In this document: positions 1 through 9,598 of the stretch, one piece after another
How the letters are laid out: every line of letters starts with the position of its first letter
Numbering within the stretch: the stretch's first letter is position 1
Origin: Polyangiaceae bacterium
GTDB taxonomy: Bacteria > Myxococcota_A > Polyangia > Polyangiales > Polyangiaceae
Assembly (NCBI GenBank): GCA_044222475.1
Contig: JBGANF010000043.1
Span: forward strand, 1 to 56,266
Length of the DNA stretch: 56,266 nt
Direction of reading: 5' to 3'
Notes under the pieces: generated by a model
Told to the model about the DNA's origin: nothing
The model's database searches: none
What the model saw: the letters and a program-made list of their open reading frames with translations, nothing else
Translations under genes and position numbers: made by a program

Positions 1-642
1 AAGCCCTGCACCGTCGATGACGAGTGCACTGCGCTGCAAGCGGGGACGGTGTGTGCGTTCGCCGCCCTCGGCTCGCAGAAGTACTGTCTCGAGTCGTGCG
101 GTGTCGGTCCGCCAGGCGCGTTCGAGTCGCTACTCGCGGGCCCAGGCAACAAGTGCCACGGGCGTCCAGAGATGGCATGTCAAGGCGGCACGCTCAGCGT
201 TTGCCTTCCAACCTGCAATGACGACTCCCAGTGTGATGGCACGCTCTGCGATCCCGGGCGCGGCGTGTGCAACGCAACCGGCGCGGGGTGGGACGACATC
301 GGTAGCCCTGGCACGTGCGGCACCAACTTCGGCACCGGCACCAACAGCACCGCCGGCTCCGCTTCCATCTGCACCGCGCAGTGCACGCTCGGCGTCGTGC
401 CTTCGTGCCGATGGGATGGGAAGCCAGGGAAGCCCGCAGCCGCGTGCATCTTCCGGCAAACGACGCGCGGGTACGGGGATCGCGGGCTTTGCGGCAAGCT
501 CTGTGACTGCGATGGCGATTGCCCGTCACCGCTTCACTGCCTTCCGATGCCGAAGGCCGCCTTCGTCACCGAGACCGGACGGCAAGGGGCATGCGGGACC
601 GGCGTCGGCATCGCGTGCGCAAGCGACGCGGGGACCGACTAA
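1..642 (+). CDS. Cys-rich secreted-type hypothetical protein, 5' end outside window
   Basis: Frame 1 is open from base 1 (KPCTVDDECTAL...) to TAA at 640-642. It has many spaced Cys (CNDDSQC, CDCDGDC) and a DAG tail typical of myxobacterial disulfide-rich proteins. Confidence 0.7.
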   Translation, partial: KPCTVDDECTALQAGTVCAFAALGSQKYCLESCGVGPPGAFESLLAGPGNKCHGRPEMACQGGTLSVCLPTCNDDSQCDGTLCDPGRGVCNATGAGWDDIGSPGTCGTNFGTGTNSTAGSASICTAQCTLGVVPSCRWDGKPGKPAAACIFRQTTRGYGDRGLCGKLCDCDGDCPSPLHCLPMPKAAFVTETGRQGACGTGVGIACASDAGTD

Positions 643-1715
643 GGCATCGAAGATTCCGCGATCACTCGCGGCGACGACAGCGATGGATCCAGCGCGAGCG
701 CGTTCAGGAGGCGGTCGTCGTACGTTCGATAGACGAGCTTCACGTCAATCGTGCCGGCCGCGTCGAAGGTGAACGTTCGCGCCGAGTCGGCTTCGAGCGC
801 CCGCACCTCGTGACCGTCGGCCGCGAGCGCGTCGAACGTCTCGCGGCCATTCACGAGCAACCGATCGCCAAGGTCCCAGCTCTGGCTCGCGCCGTCGGTC
901 GAGGTCGCGACGAGCGTGAGCCGCCGGATGAACCGCGCACCCGCGGGGAGCGCGTGACCCGGGTTGCGATTCGTCAACGTGATCGTCGTGCGGTCTCCGT
1001 TCCTCGCGAGCGCGAGCGTCGCCGCGCGATCGAGGAGTCCACCGTCGACCGCGACGAAAGCATGATCGCCGATGTCCCTTTCTGGTACACCGGGTGCGAT
1101 CGCGCCGCGGGCGAAGCCCGAGGTCGGATCTCCGGGGACCCTGGCCATGTGGCACTCTGCGCACGTGAGGCCTTGGGCGTGGGCGGGCGATTGCGACCAT
1201 TCGGTGTACGGGGTTTCGACGAAGGCGCCTCCACCGGCGACCTCGTGACACGTTCCGCAGAGCTCGCCCGAAGTGACGAACGGCTGGCGCATCGTGCGAT
1301 GGCCGGCACTGGCGCCAGTCGCCCCGGTCGGTCCTTGGACCGTGTCGTCGTCGCCCTCGATGAAGCGCGCGTTCGCCGTGCCTTGGTTTCCGACGACCGA
1401 GTGGCACGCGAGGCAACCGACACCGCGCTCGCCGCGGTCGTGGCGCGGCGAGTGGCAGCGATCGCAGAAGGCGCGCGCCTCGGGCGACGCGCGGCCGCGG
1501 AGCGCGACGAACACCGGAGAGTCCTCGGCCTTGGCATGGGCCGAGAGCCCGTGACGATCCGCGATGGTGCGGTGACAGCCGACGCAGGTCGCATCGGAGA
1601 GTGGCGCCCCCGACGTCGAGCAACCGAGCGCGAGCGATGCGTGCGTGGATGTGGGCGTGCGCGCCCCGAGCACCACCGCGATCGCGAGGGCGATCACGAT
1701 CAGGATGCGGCGCAC
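639..1715 (-). CDS. Multiheme c-type cytochrome (five CxxCH motifs; cytochrome c554-like)
   Basis: N-terminal signal/anchor followed by CVGCH, CDRCH, CLACH, CGTCH and CAECH; PYTEW and GHALP segments are typical of this family. Confidence 0.85.
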   Translation of the reverse strand: MRRILIVIALAIAVVLGARTPTSTHASLALGCSTSGAPLSDATCVGCHRTIADRHGLSAHAKAEDSPVFVALRGRASPEARAFCDRCHSPRHDRGERGVGCLACHSVVGNQGTANARFIEGDDDTVQGPTGATGASAGHRTMRQPFVTSGELCGTCHEVAGGGAFVETPYTEWSQSPAHAQGLTCAECHMARVPGDPTSGFARGAIAPGVPERDIGDHAFVAVDGGLLDRAATLALARNGDRTTITLTNRNPGHALPAGARFIRRLTLVATSTDGASQSWDLGDRLLVNGRETFDALAADGHEVRALEADSARTFTFDAAGTIDVKLVYRTYDDRLLNALALDPSLSSPRVIAESSMP

Positions 1716-1716
1716 G

Positions 1717-2364
1717 TCAGAACCAGTAGTTGAGCCCGAGGTTGGCCTGGCCCATCGGCATCACGTGGAGCGTGTTGTCGACGAACGCCGTGCGATCGTA
1801 GGCGCGCATCTCGTGTCCCAAATAGGGAACGGCCTCGACGTTGAGCGCGACCGAGAATCCGGAGCCGAGCGCGACCTCGGCGCCGATGCCGGCGTGGAGA
1901 CCGAAGCGGATGTCGCTGACGCCCGGCGCGTCGTGACCTGGCGTCAGCATCGCCCACATCGCGCAGGCGCCGAGCATCGGGTAGAGGACGAAACGCTCGG
2001 TCGAGACGATCATGAACTGGAGCGTCGTGCCGACCTCGTGGTCGTGGCGCATCGCCATGTCGGACGAACCGAAGAAGTTGTCGAAAAAGAGATCGACGCG
2101 GAGGCGCTCGAACGGGCGAAGACGCACTTGTCCGCCGACGCCGCCGAAGGCGTAGCCCTCGCCGATGCGCCCGGGCGCTCGGAGGCCGATCGAGAACGGG
2201 TGGCGAGCGCCCCAAGCGGGCGGCCGAGTCGTGGCGACCTCCGCCGGGGGTGGCGGCGCTTGGGGCGCGACGACCTCGGCGACGTCGGCGCGAGCGGTGG
2301 CAGGGACGGAAACGGCCGAGAAACCAAGGATACCGGCGAAGAGAGCGAGCGATGTACGCAGCAT
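1717..2364 (-). CDS. Outer-membrane beta-barrel protein (small, OmpA/OmpW-like)
   Basis: Signal peptide MLRTSLALFAGILG...ARA, amphipathic strands and C-terminal LGLNYWF (terminal Phe BAM signal). Start re-picked at ATG 2364. Confidence 0.7.
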   Translation of the reverse strand: MLRTSLALFAGILGFSAVSVPATARADVAEVVAPQAPPPPAEVATTRPPAWGARHPFSIGLRAPGRIGEGYAFGGVGGQVRLRPFERLRVDLFFDNFFGSSDMAMRHDHEVGTTLQFMIVSTERFVLYPMLGACAMWAMLTPGHDAPGVSDIRFGLHAGIGAEVALGSGFSVALNVEAVPYLGHEMRAYDRTAFVDNTLHVMPMGQANLGLNYWF

Positions 2365-2430
2365 GCCCTGTACGTGCGCCGTGCCCGGTCCCGTTATGAA
2401 ACTTTCTCGAAGCGAGAGTAGGCTTCGGTC

Positions 2431-3750
2431 ATGAGCTCCTCTCGTCTCCTCGCCGAGCTTCATCGAGAACACGTCGCGTCGATTCAGGAGGGGTACGAGA
2501 AGATCCTCGTCGAGAGCGGCCTCGACGGCGTGCTCGTCCACTCCGGGGCCATCGTCCTCAAGACCGGAGCCGACGATCAGTACTGGCCGCTCCGCCCGAC
2601 GCCCCATTTCCAGCACTGGCTCGCCCTCGCCGAGGCCGAGGCCGCGCTCCTGATCCGCCCCGGCAAGAAGCCGACCCTCTTCCGCCCCGCCGAGGTGAGC
2701 TTCTGGGAGTCACCCGCGCCCCTCCCCGCCGACTTCCTCGTCGAGCCGTTCGACGTCGAGAAATACGCCAAGTGGGCCGACCTCAAGCCGCACCTCCCGG
2801 CGCGGATCGCGTTCGTCGGCGATGCGGGCGCGCGCGCGGCGGTGCTCGGCATCGAACGCGTGAACGAGAAGGAGCTGGTCGCCAAGCTCGACGCGCTCCG
2901 CGTGCTCAAGAGCGAGTACGAGATCGCCTGCCTCGCCGAGGCCAACCGCATCGCTGCCCGAGGCCACGCGCGCGTCCGCGACGCGTTCTTCGGCGGCGAG
3001 ACGTCCGAGCTCGCGCTGCACCTCCTGTACCTCTCGGCGACGTCCCAGGACGACCCGGAGACGCCGTACAAGAACATCGTCGCGCTCGGCCCCCACGCCG
3101 CGACGTTGCACCACGTGACGTACACGAAGGACGCGTCGGGCGCGCCCTCGCTGCTCCTCGATGCCGGCGCCACCCACCTTGGCTACTGCTCCGACGTCAC
3201 CCGAACCTACGTCGCCCCGCGCGGCGGCGCAGGGGCCGAGACGTTCGGCGGGATGATCGCCGCGATGGACGCGATGCAACGGCGCCTCGCCGTCGCGGCG
3301 CAGGTCGGTCGGCCGTACGAGGAGCTCCACGACGAGTCGCACCGCGAGGTCTCCAAGATCCTCCATGATACCAAATTGGTACGACTATCCACCGAGGAGA
3401 TCGACGCCAAGGGCATCAGCCGCGCGTTCTACCCCCACGGGCTCGGACACTCACTCGGGCTCCAGTGCCACGACGTCGGCTGCGCCACGACGAAGCCGCG
3501 CGCGGACAACCCGTTCCTGCGCAACACCGCGACGATCGCGCCGCACCAGGTGTTCACCATCGAGCCGGGCCTCTACTTCATCGCCCCGCTCCTCGAGGCG
3601 CTCCGCGCGAAGCCCGAAGGCGCTGCAGTGGACTGGACGCTCGTCGATGCGCTCGCGCGGTTCGGCGGCATCCGCATCGAAGACGACGTCTTCGTCGAGG
3701 CGACGGGCCCCGTGCGGAACCTGACCCGCGAGGCCCTCCCGGACCGTTGA
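2431..3750 (+). CDS. pepQ: Xaa-Pro dipeptidase (prolidase, M24)
   Basis: M24 metal-site motifs LLDAGA, YCSDVTRT, PHGLGHSLGLQCHDVG, FTIEPGLYF and GGIRIEDDV. Confidence 0.9.
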   Translation: MSSSRLLAELHREHVASIQEGYEKILVESGLDGVLVHSGAIVLKTGADDQYWPLRPTPHFQHWLALAEAEAALLIRPGKKPTLFRPAEVSFWESPAPLPADFLVEPFDVEKYAKWADLKPHLPARIAFVGDAGARAAVLGIERVNEKELVAKLDALRVLKSEYEIACLAEANRIAARGHARVRDAFFGGETSELALHLLYLSATSQDDPETPYKNIVALGPHAATLHHVTYTKDASGAPSLLLDAGATHLGYCSDVTRTYVAPRGGAGAETFGGMIAAMDAMQRRLAVAAQVGRPYEELHDESHREVSKILHDTKLVRLSTEEIDAKGISRAFYPHGLGHSLGLQCHDVGCATTKPRADNPFLRNTATIAPHQVFTIEPGLYFIAPLLEALRAKPEGAAVDWTLVDALARFGGIRIEDDVFVEATGPVRNLTREALPDR

Positions 3751-3756
3751 CCCCGG

Positions 3757-5211
3757 TCAAGCCGTCGTTCGCACCGTGGACGGGGCGCCTGCCTCGTCCA
3801 CGTGGAGGAGCTCCTCGGCGAACGCGCGCGCGCTCGGCGGACGATCGGCCTTCTCCTTGGAGAGAGCGCGCGCGAGGACGGCATCGACGGCGACCGGACA
3901 GGGTCGAGGCGCGAGCGACGACGCCGCCGGAGGCGTCTCGGCGAGGAGCCGCGCGTAGACCGCGGCGATCGTGCGATCGAAGAACGGCGGCGCGCCGGTC
4001 AGCATCTCGAAGACGACGGCGCCGAGCGCGTACACGTCGCTTCGCACGTCGAGCGGCTCGCCGCGCGCTTGCTCCGGCGACATGTAGAGCGGCGTGCCGA
4101 GCGCCGCGCCCGTCATCGTGATGCGCGACACGGCGACGTCGTCGGTCGGCTTCACGAGGCCGAAGTCGAGAAGGACCGCGCGCTCCTTGCCGTCGGGCTG
4201 CGGAACGAGACACACGTTCGAGGGCTTCAGATCCCGGTGGAGCAACCCCGCGTCGTGCGCGGCAGAGAGCGCCGACGCGAGCTCGAGACCGATGCGCCTC
4301 GCGTCCTCCCACGACAACGCTCCGACGCGGGTGAGGCGAGCTTCGAGCGTCTCGCCTTCGAGGAGGTCCATGACCATGTAGGGGATCGCTCCCTCGCGGT
4401 GGAAGTCGTGGACGCCGACGATGTTCGGGTGACCCAGCGCGCTGGCCGCGAGCGCCTCGCGCTCGAAGCGGCGAATCGCCTCGGAGCTGATGCTCACCCC
4501 CGAGGGCAAGACCTTGAGCGCGTACTTCCGGTTCGTGCGGAGGTGCCGAGCGACCCAGACCTCGCCCATGCCGCCCGCGCCGAGGGGAGCCTCGAGCTGA
4601 TACGTCCCGCCGAAGACCGCACCCGGCTCCACCCGCACCGCGGCCGCCGCCGGAGGAACCGACCCGCGTCGCGCTTCGGCCGCGAGCGCGCCGAGCGCCG
4701 TCCCGTATGCGACCTGATGAGCCACGACGACGACGGGCGGCGGCGGCGTCGACGGGTGGATCATCGGAGAAGGGGCCGGCTGCGTCGCGCGAACCTCGTC
4801 CTCCGGCGTGCGCTCGAGGATGCCGTCGGTCATGGCCTCGATCATCACGCGGTCCGCCGCTTGGGGGCTCAAGCTCATGCCGGTTTGAACGTCCTCGCGG
4901 AAGAGGTTCGCTTTGACGCGGCCGAGCGCGGCGATCTCGCGGAGCACCTTGATGCGCCCGCGCGCGGCGAGCCCGCGCCAGAAGGCGACGACCCCGAGCG
5001 ACATCGGCATGATCCCGAAGAAGATCGCGAGGACGAAGCCACCGCGGCGCTCCCACATCGTGCTGCCGTCCGGGATGGCGATGATCAGGATCCCCATCAG
5101 GAGCATGAACGACGCGACGAGGATCGTCGGAACCGCGATCAGGAAATAGATGATGGACCGCGTCTGGAGCGAGACGTGCTTGATCTCGTAGCGGTCGAGG
5201 CGGATGCGCAT
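3757..5211 (-). CDS. Ser/Thr protein kinase with two N-terminal TM helices and a C-terminal kinase domain
   Basis: GAGGMGEV, YALK, HRDLKPSN, DFG and GTPLYMSPE motifs; two hydrophobic segments at the N-terminus. Start re-picked at ATG 5211. Confidence 0.9.
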   Translation of the reverse strand: MRIRLDRYEIKHVSLQTRSIIYFLIAVPTILVASFMLLMGILIIAIPDGSTMWERRGGFVLAIFFGIMPMSLGVVAFWRGLAARGRIKVLREIAALGRVKANLFREDVQTGMSLSPQAADRVMIEAMTDGILERTPEDEVRATQPAPSPMIHPSTPPPPVVVVAHQVAYGTALGALAAEARRGSVPPAAAAVRVEPGAVFGGTYQLEAPLGAGGMGEVWVARHLRTNRKYALKVLPSGVSISSEAIRRFEREALAASALGHPNIVGVHDFHREGAIPYMVMDLLEGETLEARLTRVGALSWEDARRIGLELASALSAAHDAGLLHRDLKPSNVCLVPQPDGKERAVLLDFGLVKPTDDVAVSRITMTGAALGTPLYMSPEQARGEPLDVRSDVYALGAVVFEMLTGAPPFFDRTIAAVYARLLAETPPAASSLAPRPCPVAVDAVLARALSKEKADRPPSARAFAEELLHVDEAGAPSTVRTTA

Positions 5212-5269
5212 CCTGCGTCGCCAAAGATGCCGTGTCCACGCGGCCAGGCCAAAGGTTATCTTCAGGCCC

Positions 5270-5755
5270 ATGAAGACACTCGCGATTGGCGTCGGGTTCG
5301 TCGTGGCGCTCACCGCCTGCGCGAAAGACTCGCCGCCCGGTGGCGCTGCAGATCCTGCCTCGACCTCGGCGGTGCCGTCGGCGACGGTGGTGGCGTCGGC
5401 GACGGTGGCGCCGCCTGCCTCGGTCGCGCAGCCGGTCGCGGCATCGGCGACGCCGACGGCTTCAGCGAGCGCTGCGCCAGTCGCGAGCGTGGCTCCCGTG
5501 CGCGACGGTGGGTCGATGCCGAAGCTCACCGTCGCCTGCAAGGCCGACGGCGACTGCGAGGTCTACATGGAGGGCAGCGCGCAGGATCCGTGCTGCCCGG
5601 TGTGTGCTCACTGGAAAGCGGCGACGAAGGCGTCGGTGAGCGCGTTCCGAGCCGCGTGTTCCGGTGCACCCGCGTGCGTGGTCAGCTGCGCGTCGCTGCC
5701 GATGAAGGCGGTGTGCCAGGCTGGCGCGTGCGCCGCCGTGCCGGCGGGCAAGTAG
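5270..5755 (+). CDS. Lipoprotein with Ala/Ser/Pro linker and Cys-rich C-terminal domain
   Basis: MKTLAIGVGFVVALTAC lipobox; CKADGDC...CCPVC...C domain. Confidence 0.75.
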   Translation: MKTLAIGVGFVVALTACAKDSPPGGAADPASTSAVPSATVVASATVAPPASVAQPVAASATPTASASAAPVASVAPVRDGGSMPKLTVACKADGDCEVYMEGSAQDPCCPVCAHWKAATKASVSAFRAACSGAPACVVSCASLPMKAVCQAGACAAVPAGK

Positions 5756-5758
5756 CGT

Positions 5759-6343
5759 TCACCGCGCGCGCTTCGGGACGACGTCCTTGAACATGTCGAA
5801 GCCCTTCCACGCCGGCTCGACCGGCGGTTCGCCGGCCTTCGGCACGTAGATCGAGGGCGCGACGAGCGACATGTTGGGAACGTTGCGTGGACAGTTCGGG
5901 AAGATGTGACGCGGCGTGACTCGAACGAGGATCTGCCCGCCCGGCATGTCCTCGAGCATCGGGTCGTCGAAGACGATCGTGGCGTCGCCGTTGACGCGCA
6001 AGCGCTTCGGCTTCTCGCTCATCGAGATGAAGAGGAGCCCGACGTGTGCGTTGACCTTCAGGTTGCCCAAGCTCTTGAACATCCCGTTTCCGTCGTAGTC
6101 GGGGAACACCAGCGTGTCCGGCGCGACGACGCGGACGAACCCCGGCACCCCACCCTTGAACGAACAGTCGGGTCGGCCTTCGGCGTCGGCCGTCGCCATG
6201 AAGAAGAACGGCGAGCTCTCGATGAAGGCCTTGTCGTCGTCGGTGAACCGATCGCGGCCGAGCTTCTCGTTCAAACGGTCGGCGAGCGCACGGCTGCCGA
6301 AGTGATCTTGAAGCTCCCGGTTGCCTTCGTGAAACATCGCCAT
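5759..6343 (-). CDS. Pyridoxamine 5'-phosphate oxidase-like FMN-binding protein
   Basis: FFFMATADAEGRPDCSFKGGVPGFV, FPDYDGNGMFKSLGNL and FPNCPR motifs. Start at ATG 6343. Confidence 0.85.
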   Translation of the reverse strand: MAMFHEGNRELQDHFGSRALADRLNEKLGRDRFTDDDKAFIESSPFFFMATADAEGRPDCSFKGGVPGFVRVVAPDTLVFPDYDGNGMFKSLGNLKVNAHVGLLFISMSEKPKRLRVNGDATIVFDDPMLEDMPGGQILVRVTPRHIFPNCPRNVPNMSLVAPSIYVPKAGEPPVEPAWKGFDMFKDVVPKRAR

Positions 6344-6380
6344 CGCCGCAGCGTAGCGGATCGAACTATCTTCGGGGAGC

Positions 6381-8690
6381 GTGCTTCGCCCTACCCGCCT
6401 CGCCTTCCGCGCCGCCGATCTCGAAGCGCTCGACGCTCTCGCCGACGAGATCGAGGGCGTCGTCATCGTCGTGACCGGCCCGCCCGGGGTCGGGAAGTCC
6501 GCCCTCGCGCGCGCGTTCGCCGCGCAGCGGAGCCCGCGAGCGCAGGCCGTCGACCTCGGCGCGGTCACCACCGTGGCCGAGCTCGAGGACGCTCTCGCCG
6601 CCCTGCGAGGCGGGAGCGGCGACGACGCGCTCCCCGAGGTGCTCGTCGCCGACGACGTTCGAAGCAAGCTCATCGGCGACGTCTTCGCCAAGCTCGCCGA
6701 GCGCACCCCGGAGACGACCGTTCTCGTGACCGCCCGCGATCGGTCCATCGTCCCCGGCGCTCGCGTCCACGACGTGCGCGCGCTCGCGACCGACGACGCG
6801 ACGAAGTTGCTCGAGACGCTCGCTCGCGAAGCGGACCCGGCGTGGTCGCCGAGCGCGGCCGACGGAGCGCACCTTCGCGCGATCGCCGAGCTGTCGTCGG
6901 GTCTACCCCTGGGCATCGTGCTCGCGGCGGCGCGCGTCCCGGTGATGGGCGCGCGCGCACTCCACTTTCGTCTCGAGAAGAGCTTCGAGGTCCTCGCCCG
7001 CGACGCGAGCGGCGGACGAAGCGCGCTCGAGCTCTCGATCCGCTCGGCGCTCGAGGCGCTCGAGCCGGGCCCGCGCGAGGCGCTCTCGCAACTCGCACTG
7101 TTCGACCACCCGTTCGCTGCCGCCGCGGCCGAGGCGACGGTGCGCCTCGCTGCAGGTCGCGGTCGCGTGCTCGATGCCCTCGAAGCGCTGCGCGGCGCGA
7201 GCTTGCTCGACGCAAAGACGATCGACGGCGAGGTGCGCTTCTCCGTCCCGACCGCGATCGCGCGCGTCGCGATCGACGAGGCGCGTCGACCCGACTTCGA
7301 CGAGCGACACGCCGAGTACTTCGCCTCGCTCGCGGAGCGGGGCGACCGGGACGAGCTCCTGCGGGAGCGCGACCAGATCCTCGACGTCGCGCGACGCATC
7401 CTCACGCTGAAGCCGTTGACCACGCGTCGCGCCGAGCCGGCGCTCCGCGCGCTGCTCGGGCTCGGTCCTCGGCTCTTCGATGGAGCGTCGCTCGAGGCGC
7501 TCCACGCGATCTCCGAGCCGACGCTCACCGCGACGCGCGGTTCGGGGGCGCGCCCGCTCCTCATCGCCGGGATCCAGTGGCTGCGCGGCGCCATCGCGCG
7601 CCGGCGCGGCGACGAGCGCGCTTCGGTCGATCTCGTCGCCGCGCTCTCGGTCGCCAAGACGCTTCACGACCCGCTGCTCGAGGCGCGGTGCACCTTCGAT
7701 CTCGGCCACCTCCTCGCCGCCCGAGGAGAGCTCGCCGAAGCCGAGACCCATTTCGTGCAGGCGAGCGACCACCTCCTCGGCGAAGAGCGCCTCGCCGCGC
7801 TCGCCGCCGCTGCCGACGCGGCACGGGACCGCGGCGATCTCTTCCAGGCGACCCTCCACGTCGTGCGCGCGAAGGAGCTGGACGGGAATCACCCGGCCGT
7901 GCTCGAGGCCGAGAGCGCGCTGCTCCTCGACGAAGGCGACGCGCGGGCCCGCGCGAAGGTGCGAGGCCTCCTCCTCGGCCACGCGCTCCACGCCGATGGC
8001 GATCTCGAAGGCGCGCGCGCCGCATACGCGACCGCGGGAGCATCCGGCTTCGAGGGGATCGTCGCCCTCGAAGCGGGCGCGAGCGCCGAGGCCTACGTGC
8101 TGCTCGCCGACGCGATCGCGCGCGCCAAGGTGACGCCCGAAGCGGCGCTGTTCGGCGGCTACCTCGGGCTCCTCGCCGATCGCGTGGGGCGAGTCACCGA
8201 CGCGATGGAGCGCCGCGCCGCGGCGGAGAAGATCGCTGCGGTCGTGCGTCGCCCGTGGCTGGATGCGACGCTCGCGACCCTCGCGGGCACGCGACGAGAT
8301 GCGAAGAGCGTCCACGCGCGCATCGCGCTGCGCATCGCGAGCGCCCACGCGACCAAGGCAGAGAGCCCGCCCGCACCGAGCGCGCTCGTCGTGGCGCCGG
8401 CGGGCGCATGGTTCCGCGCGCCGAACGCCGAGAAGGCCCAACCGCTGCGCGCCCGGAAGAACCTCGCTCGCATCCTGGACGCGATGGCGAACGAGCCGGC
8501 GCGCTCCTTCACGGCGTCGGACCTCTTCGCGGTCGGCTGGCCCGGCGAGCGAGCGTTGGGGCCGTCGAGCGCACACCGCGTACGGGTCGCCCTGGCGACG
8601 CTGCGAAAGATGGGCCTCGACTCGGCCATCGTTCGGAAGGACGACGGCTGGTCGCTGGCGCCGGACCTCCGAATCGACCGCCCGACCTGA
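6381..8690 (+). CDS. STAND/NB-ARC-like ATPase with TPR-like repeats and C-terminal winged-helix DNA-binding domain (transcription regulator)
   Basis: Walker A GPPGVGKS, GLPLGIVLAAAR (GxP), helical repeats, and C-terminal LFAVGWPGE...RVRVALATLRKMGL wHTH. Confidence 0.75.
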   Translation: MLRPTRLAFRAADLEALDALADEIEGVVIVVTGPPGVGKSALARAFAAQRSPRAQAVDLGAVTTVAELEDALAALRGGSGDDALPEVLVADDVRSKLIGDVFAKLAERTPETTVLVTARDRSIVPGARVHDVRALATDDATKLLETLAREADPAWSPSAADGAHLRAIAELSSGLPLGIVLAAARVPVMGARALHFRLEKSFEVLARDASGGRSALELSIRSALEALEPGPREALSQLALFDHPFAAAAAEATVRLAAGRGRVLDALEALRGASLLDAKTIDGEVRFSVPTAIARVAIDEARRPDFDERHAEYFASLAERGDRDELLRERDQILDVARRILTLKPLTTRRAEPALRALLGLGPRLFDGASLEALHAISEPTLTATRGSGARPLLIAGIQWLRGAIARRRGDERASVDLVAALSVAKTLHDPLLEARCTFDLGHLLAARGELAEAETHFVQASDHLLGEERLAALAAAADAARDRGDLFQATLHVVRAKELDGNHPAVLEAESALLLDEGDARARAKVRGLLLGHALHADGDLEGARAAYATAGASGFEGIVALEAGASAEAYVLLADAIARAKVTPEAALFGGYLGLLADRVGRVTDAMERRAAAEKIAAVVRRPWLDATLATLAGTRRDAKSVHARIALRIASAHATKAESPPAPSALVVAPAGAWFRAPNAEKAQPLRARKNLARILDAMANEPARSFTASDLFAVGWPGERALGPSSAHRVRVALATLRKMGLDSAIVRKDDGWSLAPDLRIDRPT

Positions 8691-8800
8691 GGTTTTCGGC
8701 CGATGGGCCCAATTTGATGCCCGTTTGACGCAGGGGTTCGGGGCGCCTGCGTAACACCTCACCGCGAGCACGACAGTGCGGCTCGCGGAGGAGAGACATC

Positions 8801-9523
8801 ATGGTCGGGCTTGGAATGGTCTTCGTCGCGTTGGGAATCATCGGAATCATCTACGGCGTCTTCATGAAGATGAAGGCCGGACGCGTCGCCGGCGCGCCGC
8901 TCGCCCCGACCGCTGCCGCAGCGCGCGGTGAAGGAGCGGCCCCGAACGGAGCGATCGCTGCGCAGGGCAAGGTCGTCGTGACCCAGCCGGTCCTGTCGCC
9001 GATGACCGGTACGCCCTGCCTCTATTACAAGATCGAGACCGTCGCCTCGTGGAAGGTGGGCGACGAGACCAAGACCAAGAAGCTCGACGAGCAGAAGGTC
9101 GCCGCGAAGTTCGGCATCGACGACGGAAGCGGAGTCCTGTGGATCGACGCCCACGAGGGCGGAGACTTCGAGCCGGAGCAGACGCGTGAGCAGACGCAGA
9201 CCCCGGGCTTGCTCGGCGGCATCACCGGTACGGATCTCACGTTCGGCAGCTACCGCGTGTCGACCGGCGCGCTCGCCATGGGCACGAAGTACACGGTGAC
9301 CGAGCGCGTGCTGCCGCTGCAGCCGAACCTCTATGCCTGCGGCAAGTCCCAGAACGGCGCGTTGACCGCGCCCGGTTGGCGCCAGCTCATCCTGTCGAAC
9401 AAGTCGCGCGACGAGCTGCTCGCGTCGGCCACCAAGACCGCGAAGCTGTCACTCATCGCCGGGGCCGCGGCGTTCGTCTTGGGCGGCACGCTCGCGGCGG
9501 TCGGTCAGATGATCGCGACCTGA
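8801..9523 (+). CDS. GIDE-domain membrane protein (no RING finger)
   Basis: N- and C-terminal TM helices; SPMTGTPCLYY, FGIDDGSG and YTVTERVL motifs; SD GGAGGAG upstream. Confidence 0.65.
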   Translation: MVGLGMVFVALGIIGIIYGVFMKMKAGRVAGAPLAPTAAAARGEGAAPNGAIAAQGKVVVTQPVLSPMTGTPCLYYKIETVASWKVGDETKTKKLDEQKVAAKFGIDDGSGVLWIDAHEGGDFEPEQTREQTQTPGLLGGITGTDLTFGSYRVSTGALAMGTKYTVTERVLPLQPNLYACGKSQNGALTAPGWRQLILSNKSRDELLASATKTAKLSLIAGAAAFVLGGTLAAVGQMIAT

Positions 9524-9548
9524 AGTTTTCCAATCGTCACGTCTTTGC

Positions 9549-9595
9549 TTGCGCCGCGCCTCTCTGTCCGGGAGTGTCGCGGCGCGAATCTTTTT
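9549..9595 (+). terminator. Probable intrinsic terminator between convergent genes
   Basis: GCGCCGCG (9551-9558) / CGCGGCGC (9578-9585) stem followed by TCTTTTT. Confidence 0.55.
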
Positions 9596-9598
9596 GTC

